This document shows, in pieces, positions 9,240 through 18,921 of a stretch of 64,000 nt of DNA (within the stretch, counting starts at the first letter, position 1; each line of letters opens with the position of its first letter). The notes under the pieces are model-generated. The model made no database searches. It was given only the letters and a program-made list of their open reading frames with translations, and was not told where the DNA came from. The DNA is from Candidatus Hermodarchaeota archaeon. Its GTDB lineage: Archaea > Asgardarchaeota > Hermodarchaeia > Hermodarchaeales > Hermodarchaeaceae. The stretch is from positions 12,219 through 76,218 of the forward strand of contig JAEOUH010000071.1 in the NCBI GenBank assembly GCA_016839365.1. The letters are read 5' to 3'. Made by a program: the position numbers and the translations under genes.

Positions 9240-10616
9240 TTAGTCAGCTTTTGCGATGAGTTGAATATCACGGAACTGAATGGATGGACCGATGAGTGAA
9301 CCACCTGGACCAACTAGGTAGCGCCGCAAATCGTTGCCCACAGCATCCACTTTTTTGATAAGCTCAAACGCATTGCCTGCAATCATCAGACCGTGTACTG
9401 CACCTGTAAGTTCACCATCGATAATCCGGTATGCAGGATTTGCCACGACGCTATAATCCCCGGTTTCCCTGTTCGATGAATGGACACCTTGTAGCCCTTT
9501 GACTAGGTAACCGGATTTTGACTCGCTTATCATGTCATCCAATGACTTCGTTCCAGTCGAAATCACTATGTTTGTTGGGGCTGTGTCAACATCACCGGTT
9601 CGGAGGTTTCGACTTGCATTACCAGTGCTGGTTGTACCATGGCGGTGTGCCCAGTAATTATTCCATAGGAAGGAACGAAGTTTTCCTTTCTCAATAAGGG
9701 AAGTTGTTTGCTGCGGAATTCCTTCTCCGTCAAATAGGGCTGTGGCATATCCACCATCAAAGCGTCCATCATCAGTGAATGTAAGGGTCTTGGCGGCAAT
9801 AGGCGTGTCAATTTTGTCCGCAAGTTGGGACTTGCCGCGTACAACATTTTCACCCTTTAAGGCCTCTAATAATGTATAGCTCATAAGTGAGCCTAACGCA
9901 TCGGCTGCAAGAATTATAGAACCTTTTTCAGTCTTGCCTTTCTCTGATTTCTGAGCAAGAAGAACGTGTTTCACCGAATCATTGACGATGTAATCCAAAT
10001 CAAGCTGAAAAAGACGGTTAACATCAATGGAAACTGCAGGTGGCGTCATTCCAGTCTCAGTGGGTAATACCAGCACGGAATATGCATAGACACCGGTTCC
10101 CCTATCCGAGGTGACAAGTCCATTGGAATTCGCATAAGCAGCCCAACCATAAAATCCGCCAGTTCCTGCCTCCCCAATGATGATTGCAGGATTCTTTTCT
10201 TTGACGGCTTTCGTAATCTGAGTTGATAGTTCAACAAACACACTGGGATCTTTTTCTGGGATAGACTCATCCCAGAGCCCAGTAAGTTTCTGATACTTTG
10301 TCTTTTGGGGAAAGTCATTCCATGTCTTGTCCGGTGTACTTGCCTTAGCTGCGGCAATCGCCCGGTTAACAGATTTTTCAATAGCAGATTGATTTAACAG
10401 ATTAGTATACGCTGATCCCAATTGGTTATTGATGACAACACGTATTGAGGCTCCAACAACTTGTGATTTTGTCGCCTTATTAACTTCGCCAAGATTGACT
10501 TCGCAGCTAATCTCATAATTGTCTTGAACCATAATTTCAATCTGATCAGTTTTTTTGGATCCATAAGCGATTGCATGTTCAGCTAGACTCGCAAGTGTTT
10601 GTTCCCTATCCTTCAT
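9240..10616 (-). CDS. PmbA/TldE-family metalloprotease partner
   Basis: TldD/PmbA-fold sequence directly downstream of tldD. The ORF track start at 10667 overlaps tldD. ATG 10616 (MKDREQTLASLAEHAIAYG) is preceded by AAGGAGG. Confidence 0.8.
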   Translation of the reverse strand: MKDREQTLASLAEHAIAYGSKKTDQIEIMVQDNYEISCEVNLGEVNKATKSQVVGASIRVVINNQLGSAYTNLLNQSAIEKSVNRAIAAAKASTPDKTWNDFPQKTKYQKLTGLWDESIPEKDPSVFVELSTQITKAVKEKNPAIIIGEAGTGGFYGWAAYANSNGLVTSDRGTGVYAYSVLVLPTETGMTPPAVSIDVNRLFQLDLDYIVNDSVKHVLLAQKSEKGKTEKGSIILAADALGSLMSYTLLEALKGENVVRGKSQLADKIDTPIAAKTLTFTDDGRFDGGYATALFDGEGIPQQTTSLIEKGKLRSFLWNNYWAHRHGTTSTGNASRNLRTGDVDTAPTNIVISTGTKSLDDMISESKSGYLVKGLQGVHSSNRETGDYSVVANPAYRIIDGELTGAVHGLMIAGNAFELIKKVDAVGNDLRRYLVGPGGSLIGPSIQFRDIQLIAKAD

Positions 10617-10635
10617 TGTTCCGATAACCTCCTTC

Positions 10636-12057
10636 TCAGGCTTTGCCTCCCATGGTGATTGGTCCACTGGCGAATCGGATTAGAGGTCCTCCAGAACTGA
10701 TAAGAGCTTCTTGACCCTTGCCGCACCGACCAACACCATAGCCATAAGTTTCTTTTCCAACCCCTTCAATTTTTAGGAGGGCTTCTGTGGCAATACCTGA
10801 AATTGATAAGTTCGTTACTGAGTTTCCCAATTCTCCGTCGACGATTTCAAAGGCTTCTTGAACTCCAACTTGGAAGCTGGCATTCAATGTTGCTGATCCA
10901 CCTGCAAAATCAATGCAATAATAGCCAAAGTCGATTCCTTCAAAGATTTCTTCATCTGTTAAATCGCCACGTTCAAAAAGCGTATTTCTCATCCGGATTA
11001 ACGGATACACACGAAAGTCCTCTGCGCGTGCACTGCCAGAAGATGGTAATCCGGTTTTCTGAGCATACTCACGATCAGTGAGAAGGGTGTTAAACACACC
11101 ATCCTTAATCAGCTCAATCCGCTTTGTAGGCACTCCTTCATCATCATATTTGACTGTGCCAAAGCCGTCCTTCAGTGTACCATCGTCAATCATCCAAACG
11201 CCTTTAGGAGCGACATCTTGGTTGAGCTTCCCAGCAAATGCTGATTGAAGGGTGAGGTCTGCTTCTGCAAGATGACCGAGGGCCTCATGGGCAAGGACTC
11301 CAACCACGACGGGTCCTAGAACACATGGAAAGCTTCCAGGCTTTGGCGTGACACCATCAAGTTGCATCGTCACTCGTCTAGCCAATCGTTCTGCAATTAG
11401 GCTTGGTGTTTGGGTCGTTTCGTAATATTCCCAACCACGTGTGGCGGATCCGGAATTATCTCGGGCACTTGTGATTTTACCATTATCCTTCCCGGTTAGA
11501 CTAATAACCATGTAGAGATGGCCGAAGCCAGTTTCGATTTGTGTCCCTTCATTCGTTACAAGATATTTTGTTCCAATTCCATCCCGCTGATGTATTGTGA
11601 TGGCTTTGACTCGTGGTTCAAGAGTTTGAGTTTCGTTCCAAATTTCTGCAGCATAATCGATCTTTTCCTTTGGGTCTACATCTGCTGGGCTCTGCTTCAC
11701 CTTAAAGGGAACAGTGTCTTGTACAGGTTTGATTTCAGCTAATTTGATAGGCTCTTTCCGAGCCTTTGCCGCGCTACTCGCAAGAGAGTAGGCATCCTTC
11801 ACACTGGATTGCAATCCATTAGGGGAAAGGTCATTGGATGTCACGAATCCCCATGCCCCACTTGTAAGAACTCGAACCGCCACACCCTCCTCAAGGCGTT
11901 GATTAATGCTGCGTACACGTCCATCTTCATATTGTAAGTTGCTTCGGTTCAGGGTTTCTACTCGTAGTTCAACATAGGTTGCACCAAGTCTTTCTCCATA
12001 ATCTGCAACTTTTTGGAGTTTGTCAATCAAAGTAATCACATCGGCATTAAACATCAT
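10636..12057 (-). CDS. tldD: TldD-family zinc metalloprotease
   Basis: HExxxH motif in GVLAHEALGHLAEAD, plus GNxx and GxC C-terminal motifs (GVGRCGKGQ). The likely start is ATG 12057 (MMFNADVITLIDK) rather than 12141, which would overlap the divergent gene. Confidence 0.88.
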   Translation of the reverse strand: MMFNADVITLIDKLQKVADYGERLGATYVELRVETLNRSNLQYEDGRVRSINQRLEEGVAVRVLTSGAWGFVTSNDLSPNGLQSSVKDAYSLASSAAKARKEPIKLAEIKPVQDTVPFKVKQSPADVDPKEKIDYAAEIWNETQTLEPRVKAITIHQRDGIGTKYLVTNEGTQIETGFGHLYMVISLTGKDNGKITSARDNSGSATRGWEYYETTQTPSLIAERLARRVTMQLDGVTPKPGSFPCVLGPVVVGVLAHEALGHLAEADLTLQSAFAGKLNQDVAPKGVWMIDDGTLKDGFGTVKYDDEGVPTKRIELIKDGVFNTLLTDREYAQKTGLPSSGSARAEDFRVYPLIRMRNTLFERGDLTDEEIFEGIDFGYYCIDFAGGSATLNASFQVGVQEAFEIVDGELGNSVTNLSISGIATEALLKIEGVGKETYGYGVGRCGKGQEALISSGGPLIRFASGPITMGGKA

Positions 12058-12122
12058 GCAGATAATAGGGCGGATAGAAGATACCGTCTGCTTATAAGGA
12101 GATTGGATTGCACTAATCCTTT

Positions 12123-12623
12123 GTGGAGAATTCCTTGACACCAGAGATTAGATTCATCGTTGATGCTATGTATGGTTCTTTAGCCCGCTGGCTTCGCCTT
12201 CTGGGGTATAATACTGTGTACAGTGATACTAAATCCGATGATGAAATCCTACGAGAAACAGACGATCGTATTCTGTTGACGCGCGACAAGGAGCTAATAA
12301 TACGGGCTAGAAAAAGTACTATACATGTGCTCAATCCCGGAAGTGGTTCAATAAGAAGTATGCTGCAGCGACTACAAGAGGATCTTGGAATCCAATTTGT
12401 GGCAAATCCAAATGAGAGTCGCTGTCCCAGTTGTAATGGAACACTTCTATTAAAACGACGGGAAGACGTTCAAAACCAGGTTCCAAAAGGTTCCCTTCGA
12501 AATCACAACGAATTTTGGCAATGTAGCAATTCTCTATGTCATCAGGTATATTGGCAGGGTCGTCATTGGACGCGGATTTCTAATACGCTCAAACAACTCA
12601 AGTCAGATGAAACCAAGGAATAA
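12123..12623 (+). CDS. Mut7-C/DUF82 PIN-like RNase domain protein with C-terminal zinc ribbon
   Basis: N-terminus RFIVDAMYGSLARWLRLLGYNT is typical of Mut7-C. The C-terminal region has CPSCNG...CSNSLCHQVYWQGRHW. GTG start. Confidence 0.7.
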   Translation: MENSLTPEIRFIVDAMYGSLARWLRLLGYNTVYSDTKSDDEILRETDDRILLTRDKELIIRARKSTIHVLNPGSGSIRSMLQRLQEDLGIQFVANPNESRCPSCNGTLLLKRREDVQNQVPKGSLRNHNEFWQCSNSLCHQVYWQGRHWTRISNTLKQLKSDETKE

Positions 12624-12627
12624 TCCA

Positions 12628-13158
12628 TTAGCGATTAGGATAGAAGTCTGGAACAAGGAAGCGGGGCAAAGCACATATTACGGCATCCCTAAGTACTTGG
12701 GTTCGAGTCAGACAATCTTGGGTGAGGACGCCAATCACCCCTTCATTTTGAAACAGGTTTTTTCGACCCATGATGCTATCGATTGTCTTCTTACTTTGGT
12801 CACTCGAGGAATCAATTCGCATGACAAGGCTTTCAGAAATCTCAACCGCAACAGAACGTGCCACGCTCAGTTTACTGTCTTTTACTATAGCCGCAATAGC
12901 TTGAATATAAGCAGCTTCATTGAAGGTAGTCAGTCCACCTTCGAGTCCGACACTAAAATCAGCAGAAGGTTTCTGTTTCTGTGCTATCTGAGCACGATTA
13001 ATCGCTCCTAGCAATGTTTCAGCTTCAGAGAGAGGGAATGGTTGAACCCCCGAATCGACTTTGACTGGAATTGTTTCCACTTGTCCAAAGTATTTACTGA
13101 AGGCTTCACGAACTGCATTCCGTTTGACTGGGTTTTGTGACCCGACTACAACTTGCAT
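12628..13158 (-). CDS. Non-canonical purine NTP phosphatase (YjjX/DUF84-like inosine/xanthosine triphosphatase)
   Basis: MQVVVGSQNPVKRNAVREAF...VDSGVQPFPLSEAETLLGAINRA matches the family N-terminus. I chose the start at internal ATG 13158 (ORF track 13203). Confidence 0.7.
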   Translation of the reverse strand: MQVVVGSQNPVKRNAVREAFSKYFGQVETIPVKVDSGVQPFPLSEAETLLGAINRAQIAQKQKPSADFSVGLEGGLTTFNEAAYIQAIAAIVKDSKLSVARSVAVEISESLVMRIDSSSDQSKKTIDSIMGRKNLFQNEGVIGVLTQDCLTRTQVLRDAVICALPRFLVPDFYPNR

Positions 13159-13207
13159 ACTTGATTCGTATAATCTGCTTCCTGAAAAGGATGAGGGTAA
13201 CAATCAT

Positions 13208-13831
13208 CTAGGTCTTGGGAACCGCTCCTAAGGGCATAATATCTCGCTTGAATGCGTCTTTGAGCAACAAGGCAATCCCATAGTAGATTCCGATGAATCC
13301 ACAGGCTACCCCTTCGAATCCAGCAAGGATATTGATCATGGTATTAACAATGCCAGTGTTATGCCAAGTATCCCAGGCAAACCAGTGCCCAAAGGCAACG
13401 AGCCAAAAGAAGAGAGCCAAAAGGAAGAAGAATATTTGAAGTACGCGGTTGGTTTTCATTGAACTGAGAAACAGGAAGAAACCGAAAACCCCCCAAAGGA
13501 AGAAATATGGAACCTGGACCCACATGAACAAGGCAGGTTCAGTAACCGTGGGAACGAATCCGAGGAAAGGAAGGAAATAGATTGCCACATAGGAAAACCA
13601 GAAAACAGCTCCTAGAATGAACACAGTCGCTCCAAACGAATTACCATTCTTCAGTGACCATAATCCAGCAACTAATGGTGCGAAACCACCTGCAAATAAT
13701 GCAGTGGCGAATACAACACCCAAACCATTTGTATCGAGGATTTCAGCGAAATAAAGTGAAAGGAGAATTAAAGCAAAGCCAAAGCCTATCGCCCCAAAGG
13801 CTGTGGGATTCGCAACTTTATCATCGACCAT
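13208..13831 (-). CDS. GPR1/FUN34/YaaH (AceTr) family acetate/succinate channel
   Basis: Six TM segments and an N-terminal NPTAFGAIGFGF motif (family NPAPLGL-like). Confidence 0.78.
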   Translation of the reverse strand: MVDDKVANPTAFGAIGFGFALILLSLYFAEILDTNGLGVVFATALFAGGFAPLVAGLWSLKNGNSFGATVFILGAVFWFSYVAIYFLPFLGFVPTVTEPALFMWVQVPYFFLWGVFGFFLFLSSMKTNRVLQIFFFLLALFFWLVAFGHWFAWDTWHNTGIVNTMINILAGFEGVACGFIGIYYGIALLLKDAFKRDIMPLGAVPKT

Positions 13832-13953
13832 ACATAATCACCAACAACGTGTGATAACATGGACTAAACGGCGTTTCTGATAAGGAGTTATTTAAGGTTT
13901 TACTGTCTGTTGGCCCCGAATTGAGAAACTAGTTAGTATCGTCTATATTCGCG

Positions 13954-14142
13954 TTAAATCCGTTCATTACGCTCACGATCATCTTTTTGACGCGCTTTTC
14001 GTACATAATCCCGTTGCAAATATTTACTAAGGCGCATTTGGTTGATTGTAACAGATGACTGATGGCGTGATAGAAAACCCATTAAACCAGAGAGAAAGGC
14101 TCTCAGCTCAGAGAAGAAACCCCGCTTCTTTGTCGATTTCAT
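13954..14142 (-). CDS. Possible small basic protein (hypothetical)
   Basis: 62-aa ORF in a 436-nt gap. It has an amphipathic N-terminus (FFSELRAFLSGLMGFL) and a basic tail. There is no recognisable motif, so it may be non-coding. Confidence 0.2.
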   Translation of the reverse strand: MKSTKKRGFFSELRAFLSGLMGFLSRHQSSVTINQMRLSKYLQRDYVRKARQKDDRERNERI

Positions 14143-14267
14143 TTTATCTTCTGAAATTCTTTTTCCCTCATTTCTCCCCTAGCGAAATAGCGTATTTATG
14201 TATTCTCATTTGAAATTCGTTGGAGGGGTAAAGCATAAGATGTCTGTCATGACCTTTCATCCTACTG

Positions 14268-14819
14268 GTGATTAATTTGAAGCGTGAACTGAAACCAGGA
14301 ACCGTCTTAGTCCCTTGTCCTGCAGCGATTATTTCGGTGGGTGACGAAACGGAAGCGAACCTCATTACACTTTCATGGGTAGCGAATCTCTGCTCAAAAC
14401 CCCCGCGAATGGGTATTGGTGTAGTGCCCAAACGCCACAGCTATGGTCTACTGAAACGAATCGGTGATTTCGTAATTAATATCCCTTCTCAGAATCAGCT
14501 CGAAGCCACAGTGTTATGTGGAACTCAATCCGGACGTGATGTTGACAAGTTTGAAGCCACTGGCTTAACCCCCCAACCTTCAATGCAGATTACTTCTCCA
14601 ATGATTCGAGAGTGTCCCCTCAACATTGAATGCCGAACTTGGAAAATCATTGAAGTGGGTAGCCATCATCTGTTTATTGGTGACGTGGTCGCTGCCCATA
14701 TTAACGAGGAGGTACTGAATGCTGAGGGCGAACCTGACTTGGCAAAGATGGCGATTTTCACATATAATCCGCTAGTTTCACAATATTGGGCAGTTAATGA
14801 ATTCCTGCGAAATCGATGA
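14268..14819 (+). CDS. Flavin reductase-like FMN-binding domain protein
   Basis: PCPAAIISVGDETEANLITLSWVANLCSKPPRMGIGV and HHLFIGDVVAAH are typical of the flavin reductase-like domain. GTG start. Confidence 0.75.
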   Translation: MINLKRELKPGTVLVPCPAAIISVGDETEANLITLSWVANLCSKPPRMGIGVVPKRHSYGLLKRIGDFVINIPSQNQLEATVLCGTQSGRDVDKFEATGLTPQPSMQITSPMIRECPLNIECRTWKIIEVGSHHLFIGDVVAAHINEEVLNAEGEPDLAKMAIFTYNPLVSQYWAVNEFLRNR

Positions 14820-14949
14820 GACACAATAATCGATTCATCAGGGCAATTTTCCATCCAAGATGGAGTGCCGATAAAGTCAATCTTTTAATTACCGTTTTAC
14901 TTAAAGTCCATAGGATACCTACTGAGCCGCACTTGGTGGAGGAGCGGTA

Positions 14950-15939
14950 TTGACAAAACCAAGCACAATAAAATACCTAGCTATACTAGGCGGAGTTGGA
15001 GCTGTAATCAGCCCATTCATTGCCCTCACCATGTCAATAGCAACGCTTCCCCGCTATTATTATATTCCCCTCTATTACATATACGGTGCAGGTTCCATTT
15101 TGTTTTTCCTGTTATTTTTGACTGGATTATTGGCGTTAATTCTGACCATCCACACCGCACAATTTACTTCTAAGATGCCACAACGAGCAGCCACAGACTT
15201 GAAAACAGTTGGCATCGTTGTTATCATCGTGGGCATAATCTCAATATTCAACCTGGTAACCATCATCTCGGGCTTGCTTATTTTAGCTGCTGGCGTCGAA
15301 TGTAGTTCAATTTGGCAAAAAATTCGTCAGGCTCGAACGAAAACTGGATGGCCTTTTAACACGGTTGCTACAGCAGCAGGAAGCACTTGGGCGCGAAGAA
15401 TGTCATGCCAATTTTGTGGAGCACCTCTTGTCATTATGACTGCATCATCCTATGGGCATTTAGTTCACATTGACACCCAATGTCCGTTGGATGAAACTCA
15501 TGAGACCCTTCAACTCCCGCTTTCTCAATTAGATATTTGGGCTCCAGTAGCTGCTGATCGGCTGCATCGCTGTGTGAAATGTGGGGAACGAACCATCGCT
15601 CAAATCATTATTCGCCAAACTCACGTCTCCTCTCAATTACAAGCATATTGTCCTCATGGACACCCCAACCGAATCTACCGAAGCATTTGGACACCACTCT
15701 ACCCTTATGTAGCCCGCATACCGAGTACAGATATTGGTTTCCAGGAAGCCCGAATCACACCCCGATTCCGCCCAGCTATATTCACTCCTCAAATAGAACC
15801 CCGTCAACAACCCATAACCATATCATATAGTAATATTGAAAGTATACGTACCGGACCGATAGGATACTGCACTCAATGTGGTGTAAAAATTGAATCCTCT
15901 GATCGATACTGCTTCCGGTGTGGCGCATCCATCCGATAG
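14950..15939 (+). CDS. Membrane protein: 3-4 TM helices, novel Cys/His-rich domain, Pro/Gln linker and C-terminal zinc ribbon
   Basis: TTG start preceded by GGTGGAGGAG. It has hydrophobic helices in the first 120 aa, a Cys/His domain (CQFCG...CPLDETH...RCVKCG...CPHGH), and the tail YCTQCGVKIESSDRYCFRCGASI. Confidence 0.6.
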   Translation: MTKPSTIKYLAILGGVGAVISPFIALTMSIATLPRYYYIPLYYIYGAGSILFFLLFLTGLLALILTIHTAQFTSKMPQRAATDLKTVGIVVIIVGIISIFNLVTIISGLLILAAGVECSSIWQKIRQARTKTGWPFNTVATAAGSTWARRMSCQFCGAPLVIMTASSYGHLVHIDTQCPLDETHETLQLPLSQLDIWAPVAADRLHRCVKCGERTIAQIIIRQTHVSSQLQAYCPHGHPNRIYRSIWTPLYPYVARIPSTDIGFQEARITPRFRPAIFTPQIEPRQQPITISYSNIESIRTGPIGYCTQCGVKIESSDRYCFRCGASIR

Positions 15940-15942
15940 AAA

Positions 15943-16476
15943 GTGAAACTTATGGTTCAAGCAGCAATTGAAGCAAACTTTACCTGTTCATGTGGAACAC
16001 CCTTCATTGTGATGACACTCGATCCAGCTCCAAACGATAAAATCAACGCTTTATTGGTCTGCCCGCGACACAGGGTGGGCCATCACATAACCCTTGACCA
16101 TTCAGGCCTGGATCTGTGGATAAGCGTCGTTGCGAATCACCTGTATCGGTGTGGTGTGTGTGGTCGAGAACTTACTCCACCGAGTGCAGTCAGTTCCACA
16201 GACATTGCCACCACCTTCACGCTTAACTGCCCTGTTCACGGCTCACAAAACAACACACGAACCGTATGGAGTGTATTGCATCGGCGCCTTCTCTCTGAAA
16301 TCCAACAACAACGGGAACTACCGGTCCCTGAAGAAACATCAACAGTTCCCGATAAACCGAAAACACAACCCGCTGTGGAAGACCCTGGAGTAAAAGCCAC
16401 GTTTTGCCCCCAGTGTGGAAAGAAAATCCGCCCCCAAGATAATTTTTGCTTCATTTGCGGTAGCGCTATAGACTAG
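15943..16476 (+). CDS. Soluble paralog of the preceding gene (Cys/His-rich domain plus zinc ribbon)
   Basis: Starts 3 nt after the upstream stop. It aligns by eye with the upstream protein (CSCGTPFIVMT...CPRH...LDLW...RCGVCG...CPVHG...VW) and ends FCPQCGKKIRPQDNFCFICGSAI. Confidence 0.6.
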   Translation: MKLMVQAAIEANFTCSCGTPFIVMTLDPAPNDKINALLVCPRHRVGHHITLDHSGLDLWISVVANHLYRCGVCGRELTPPSAVSSTDIATTFTLNCPVHGSQNNTRTVWSVLHRRLLSEIQQQRELPVPEETSTVPDKPKTQPAVEDPGVKATFCPQCGKKIRPQDNFCFICGSAID

Positions 16477-16591
16477 CTAGTTTCTGTTAATATTTTCAAG
16501 TCAATTGAGGTAGGTTTTCTTGGGTAAGCTCCAGATATAGGTAGGACTTTATAGGTTAAGCACAAAGTCGCTTCCTATTGGTGAGATCTCC

Positions 16592-17167
16592 ATGAGAACG
16601 CGGAATATAATAGGCGTTATACTCGCCATTATTGCTGGTATTGGACTAATTCTTGCTGGCTATTCAGTTAACGCAGGAATCTTAGTGTATCTCCAACTAA
16701 TTTGGACAACTTTTAGCCTTCCTCCAGAATTATGGCCTATTGTACTCATCGTCAATGGCATACTTGATGCTCTTGCTCTAGGTGGTGGCTTTACCGTACT
16801 TGCTGGAGCGCTTGTCGTCATTCTGGGCTGGGAAGGTTGGGGCCGATGGCTAATCAAAGTCGGGACCGGAATTAGTATTTTTTCCATGATATGGCGTATT
16901 GGAATGCACGCCTACTCCTATATTCTAGCAAATCCAGGATTTACCATAATGGATTTAGTTATCGAATCAATGTTCTTTACCTTCCAAATCTTCATAACAC
17001 ATCCTGTGGGTTGGGCGTTAATCTTAAGCCTAATTGCTCAGCAATTGATTGTTAAGGTTCCTAGAAGTGAGGCACGACGTGAGAAAGAAGAGAACCGAGC
17101 GAAAAAAGAACAGGAACTCAAAGAAGAAAAACCTAGCAAAGATGAAGAAATAGAAAAGGACGAATAA
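16592..17167 (+). CDS. Polytopic membrane protein with Lys/Glu-rich C-terminal tail (hypothetical)
   Basis: About 5 hydrophobic helices followed by RREKEENRAKKEQELKEEKPSKDEEIEKDE. Same strand as the two zinc-ribbon genes. Confidence 0.5.
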   Translation: MRTRNIIGVILAIIAGIGLILAGYSVNAGILVYLQLIWTTFSLPPELWPIVLIVNGILDALALGGGFTVLAGALVVILGWEGWGRWLIKVGTGISIFSMIWRIGMHAYSYILANPGFTIMDLVIESMFFTFQIFITHPVGWALILSLIAQQLIVKVPRSEARREKEENRAKKEQELKEEKPSKDEEIEKDE

Positions 17168-17245
17168 TTTGTTCTTTGAATATTCGTATCTATCCCAGAT
17201 CCTGCTATGGGTTCAAGGAGGATTATTGTCTCAAGATTGGTGAGG

Positions 17246-18826
17246 TTAGGCTGAATCGAAAAATGCTTTGCCAAAAGAGTGGAACAATAGTTCTTTGATC
17301 ATTGGTGCTGCAGGATTTTGACTGGCATACATAAAGTATACTAGGCTCCCAAAAATAGGAACAAGCATGCTACTTGAGAACGCTTTCCATGAATTAATTC
17401 GTAATTTAGGTCGCCAGATATCCAGGTTAAGTTTCCATGCCCGTTTAAAGACTTCCCATTGTAAATCAGTTAAGGCTTCGATTTCTGGCTGACTTCCCGT
17501 ACTTAGAATCGATGGACGTAATGGTACCCATAGGAGAGGTGTGACAAAGAGCCTCATTCCTTTCATGTCGTCGAGGAGTTCAAGTGTAGCGTTTACATCT
17601 TCTTCCTCTTCTTCAGGTAAACCTACTAGCCAAGTTGTGAGAGGGAACCACCGATTATCGTTGAGAATGCCAATAGCTTGTTTCACGATTTCAGGCCACT
17701 GTTCAGGTTTGAAGGGAATCGATTTCCCAGCCATCCGTTTTTTAAAGAGGCGGACACTGCCAGTTTCAATCCCTGCTTCAGCGGTGACATAGGGTTGGCC
17801 ACCCCGTCGATACCGGCCATGTGAGACAAGAAGTTCTGCAACCTCTTCAGTACATTTGGGATCCGCCACAACCGGGGCTAAGGCAATATGAGCTGGCTGA
17901 ATATATTTCAACCCGGGAACCTTGACCAGATTTTCAATTAGATTCACTATTGCTTTCCGATTTGGTATAAAGCGTGAAGAGTTCAATCCATAGAGAAATA
18001 GGTCCTCAGTAGCCAAAATGGTCATATCATTTCCAGATTCAACATTGACAATGACTTCCTTGAGGATTTGATCCAAGGAAACTGAAAAGCGAGTACGTTG
18101 CGTAGGCGAACAAAATTGGCACCCACGACCACAACCTCGCGTAATCTCAACAGTGCCATGAAGAGACCCCCCTCGAATGACTGGGATTTCTTCGGGTTTT
18201 CGAAGCACACCACCAGTCGTGGTAGTAGGAAGCCGTTCACCCTTTACTGCTTGATTAAAAAGCTTTACAACGGAGGGTCCGACCTCGCCTGTTACAACAC
18301 AGTCAATGCCAAGGCTTTCTCGCGCAGTAGGTCCTCCAACCTGCCAGGCACCAGCTCCCCCGACAATGACCTTTGCCTGCCCTTTGTCATGTATCTTGGC
18401 GATTGGGGTGTTTCTTAAGAGATGCTTAAACGCGCGTCGATTTCGAGGCTCTGTACCAAGCGCGAACATACTCGAATATGTAAGGCTCACATAAGCAATG
18501 CCTAATGGATCCATGCTTGAGATCCCGACTACACGTGTATCGGCTCCGATGAATTGCTTCAAGTTCTTAGGATGTACTACTGCTAAATCAGATTCATCAA
18601 AACCATTATTGAGAAGTAGTGCCTCTACTTTCCTTAGCCCATAAGGTGCGATGCTGGCTCGACCATTAGGCAGATCATCTTCTTTGGGCATGTAAAAAGG
18701 CTTGAGGAAGCTGGGTATGAGAAGAAATGACCCAGCGAATGCTCCAAATGGGTCATCACCAAAATGACTCATTTCAATTTCGGAAGCAGTTAATATGATT
18801 TTTGTGCCGTTCCTCGTTTGAGCCAT
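17246..18826 (-). CDS. Radical SAM enzyme with B12-binding-like N-terminal domain (MJ1487-like class, function unknown)
   Basis: CX3CX2C in EITRGCGRGCQFCSPT. It has a Rossmann-like N-terminal region (VVGISSMDPLG, KVIVGGAG) and is 526 aa long. Confidence 0.82.
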   Translation of the reverse strand: MAQTRNGTKIILTASEIEMSHFGDDPFGAFAGSFLLIPSFLKPFYMPKEDDLPNGRASIAPYGLRKVEALLLNNGFDESDLAVVHPKNLKQFIGADTRVVGISSMDPLGIAYVSLTYSSMFALGTEPRNRRAFKHLLRNTPIAKIHDKGQAKVIVGGAGAWQVGGPTARESLGIDCVVTGEVGPSVVKLFNQAVKGERLPTTTTGGVLRKPEEIPVIRGGSLHGTVEITRGCGRGCQFCSPTQRTRFSVSLDQILKEVIVNVESGNDMTILATEDLFLYGLNSSRFIPNRKAIVNLIENLVKVPGLKYIQPAHIALAPVVADPKCTEEVAELLVSHGRYRRGGQPYVTAEAGIETGSVRLFKKRMAGKSIPFKPEQWPEIVKQAIGILNDNRWFPLTTWLVGLPEEEEEDVNATLELLDDMKGMRLFVTPLLWVPLRPSILSTGSQPEIEALTDLQWEVFKRAWKLNLDIWRPKLRINSWKAFSSSMLVPIFGSLVYFMYASQNPAAPMIKELLFHSFGKAFFDSA

Positions 18827-18921
18827 TTAACGACCTCATGAGAGCGCGCAACGGGTCAATGCTTTCTTAATCCACAAAAAGCTTCTGCCTATTAATAAGA
18901 AAAAAGAATTGAGGAGTTCAA

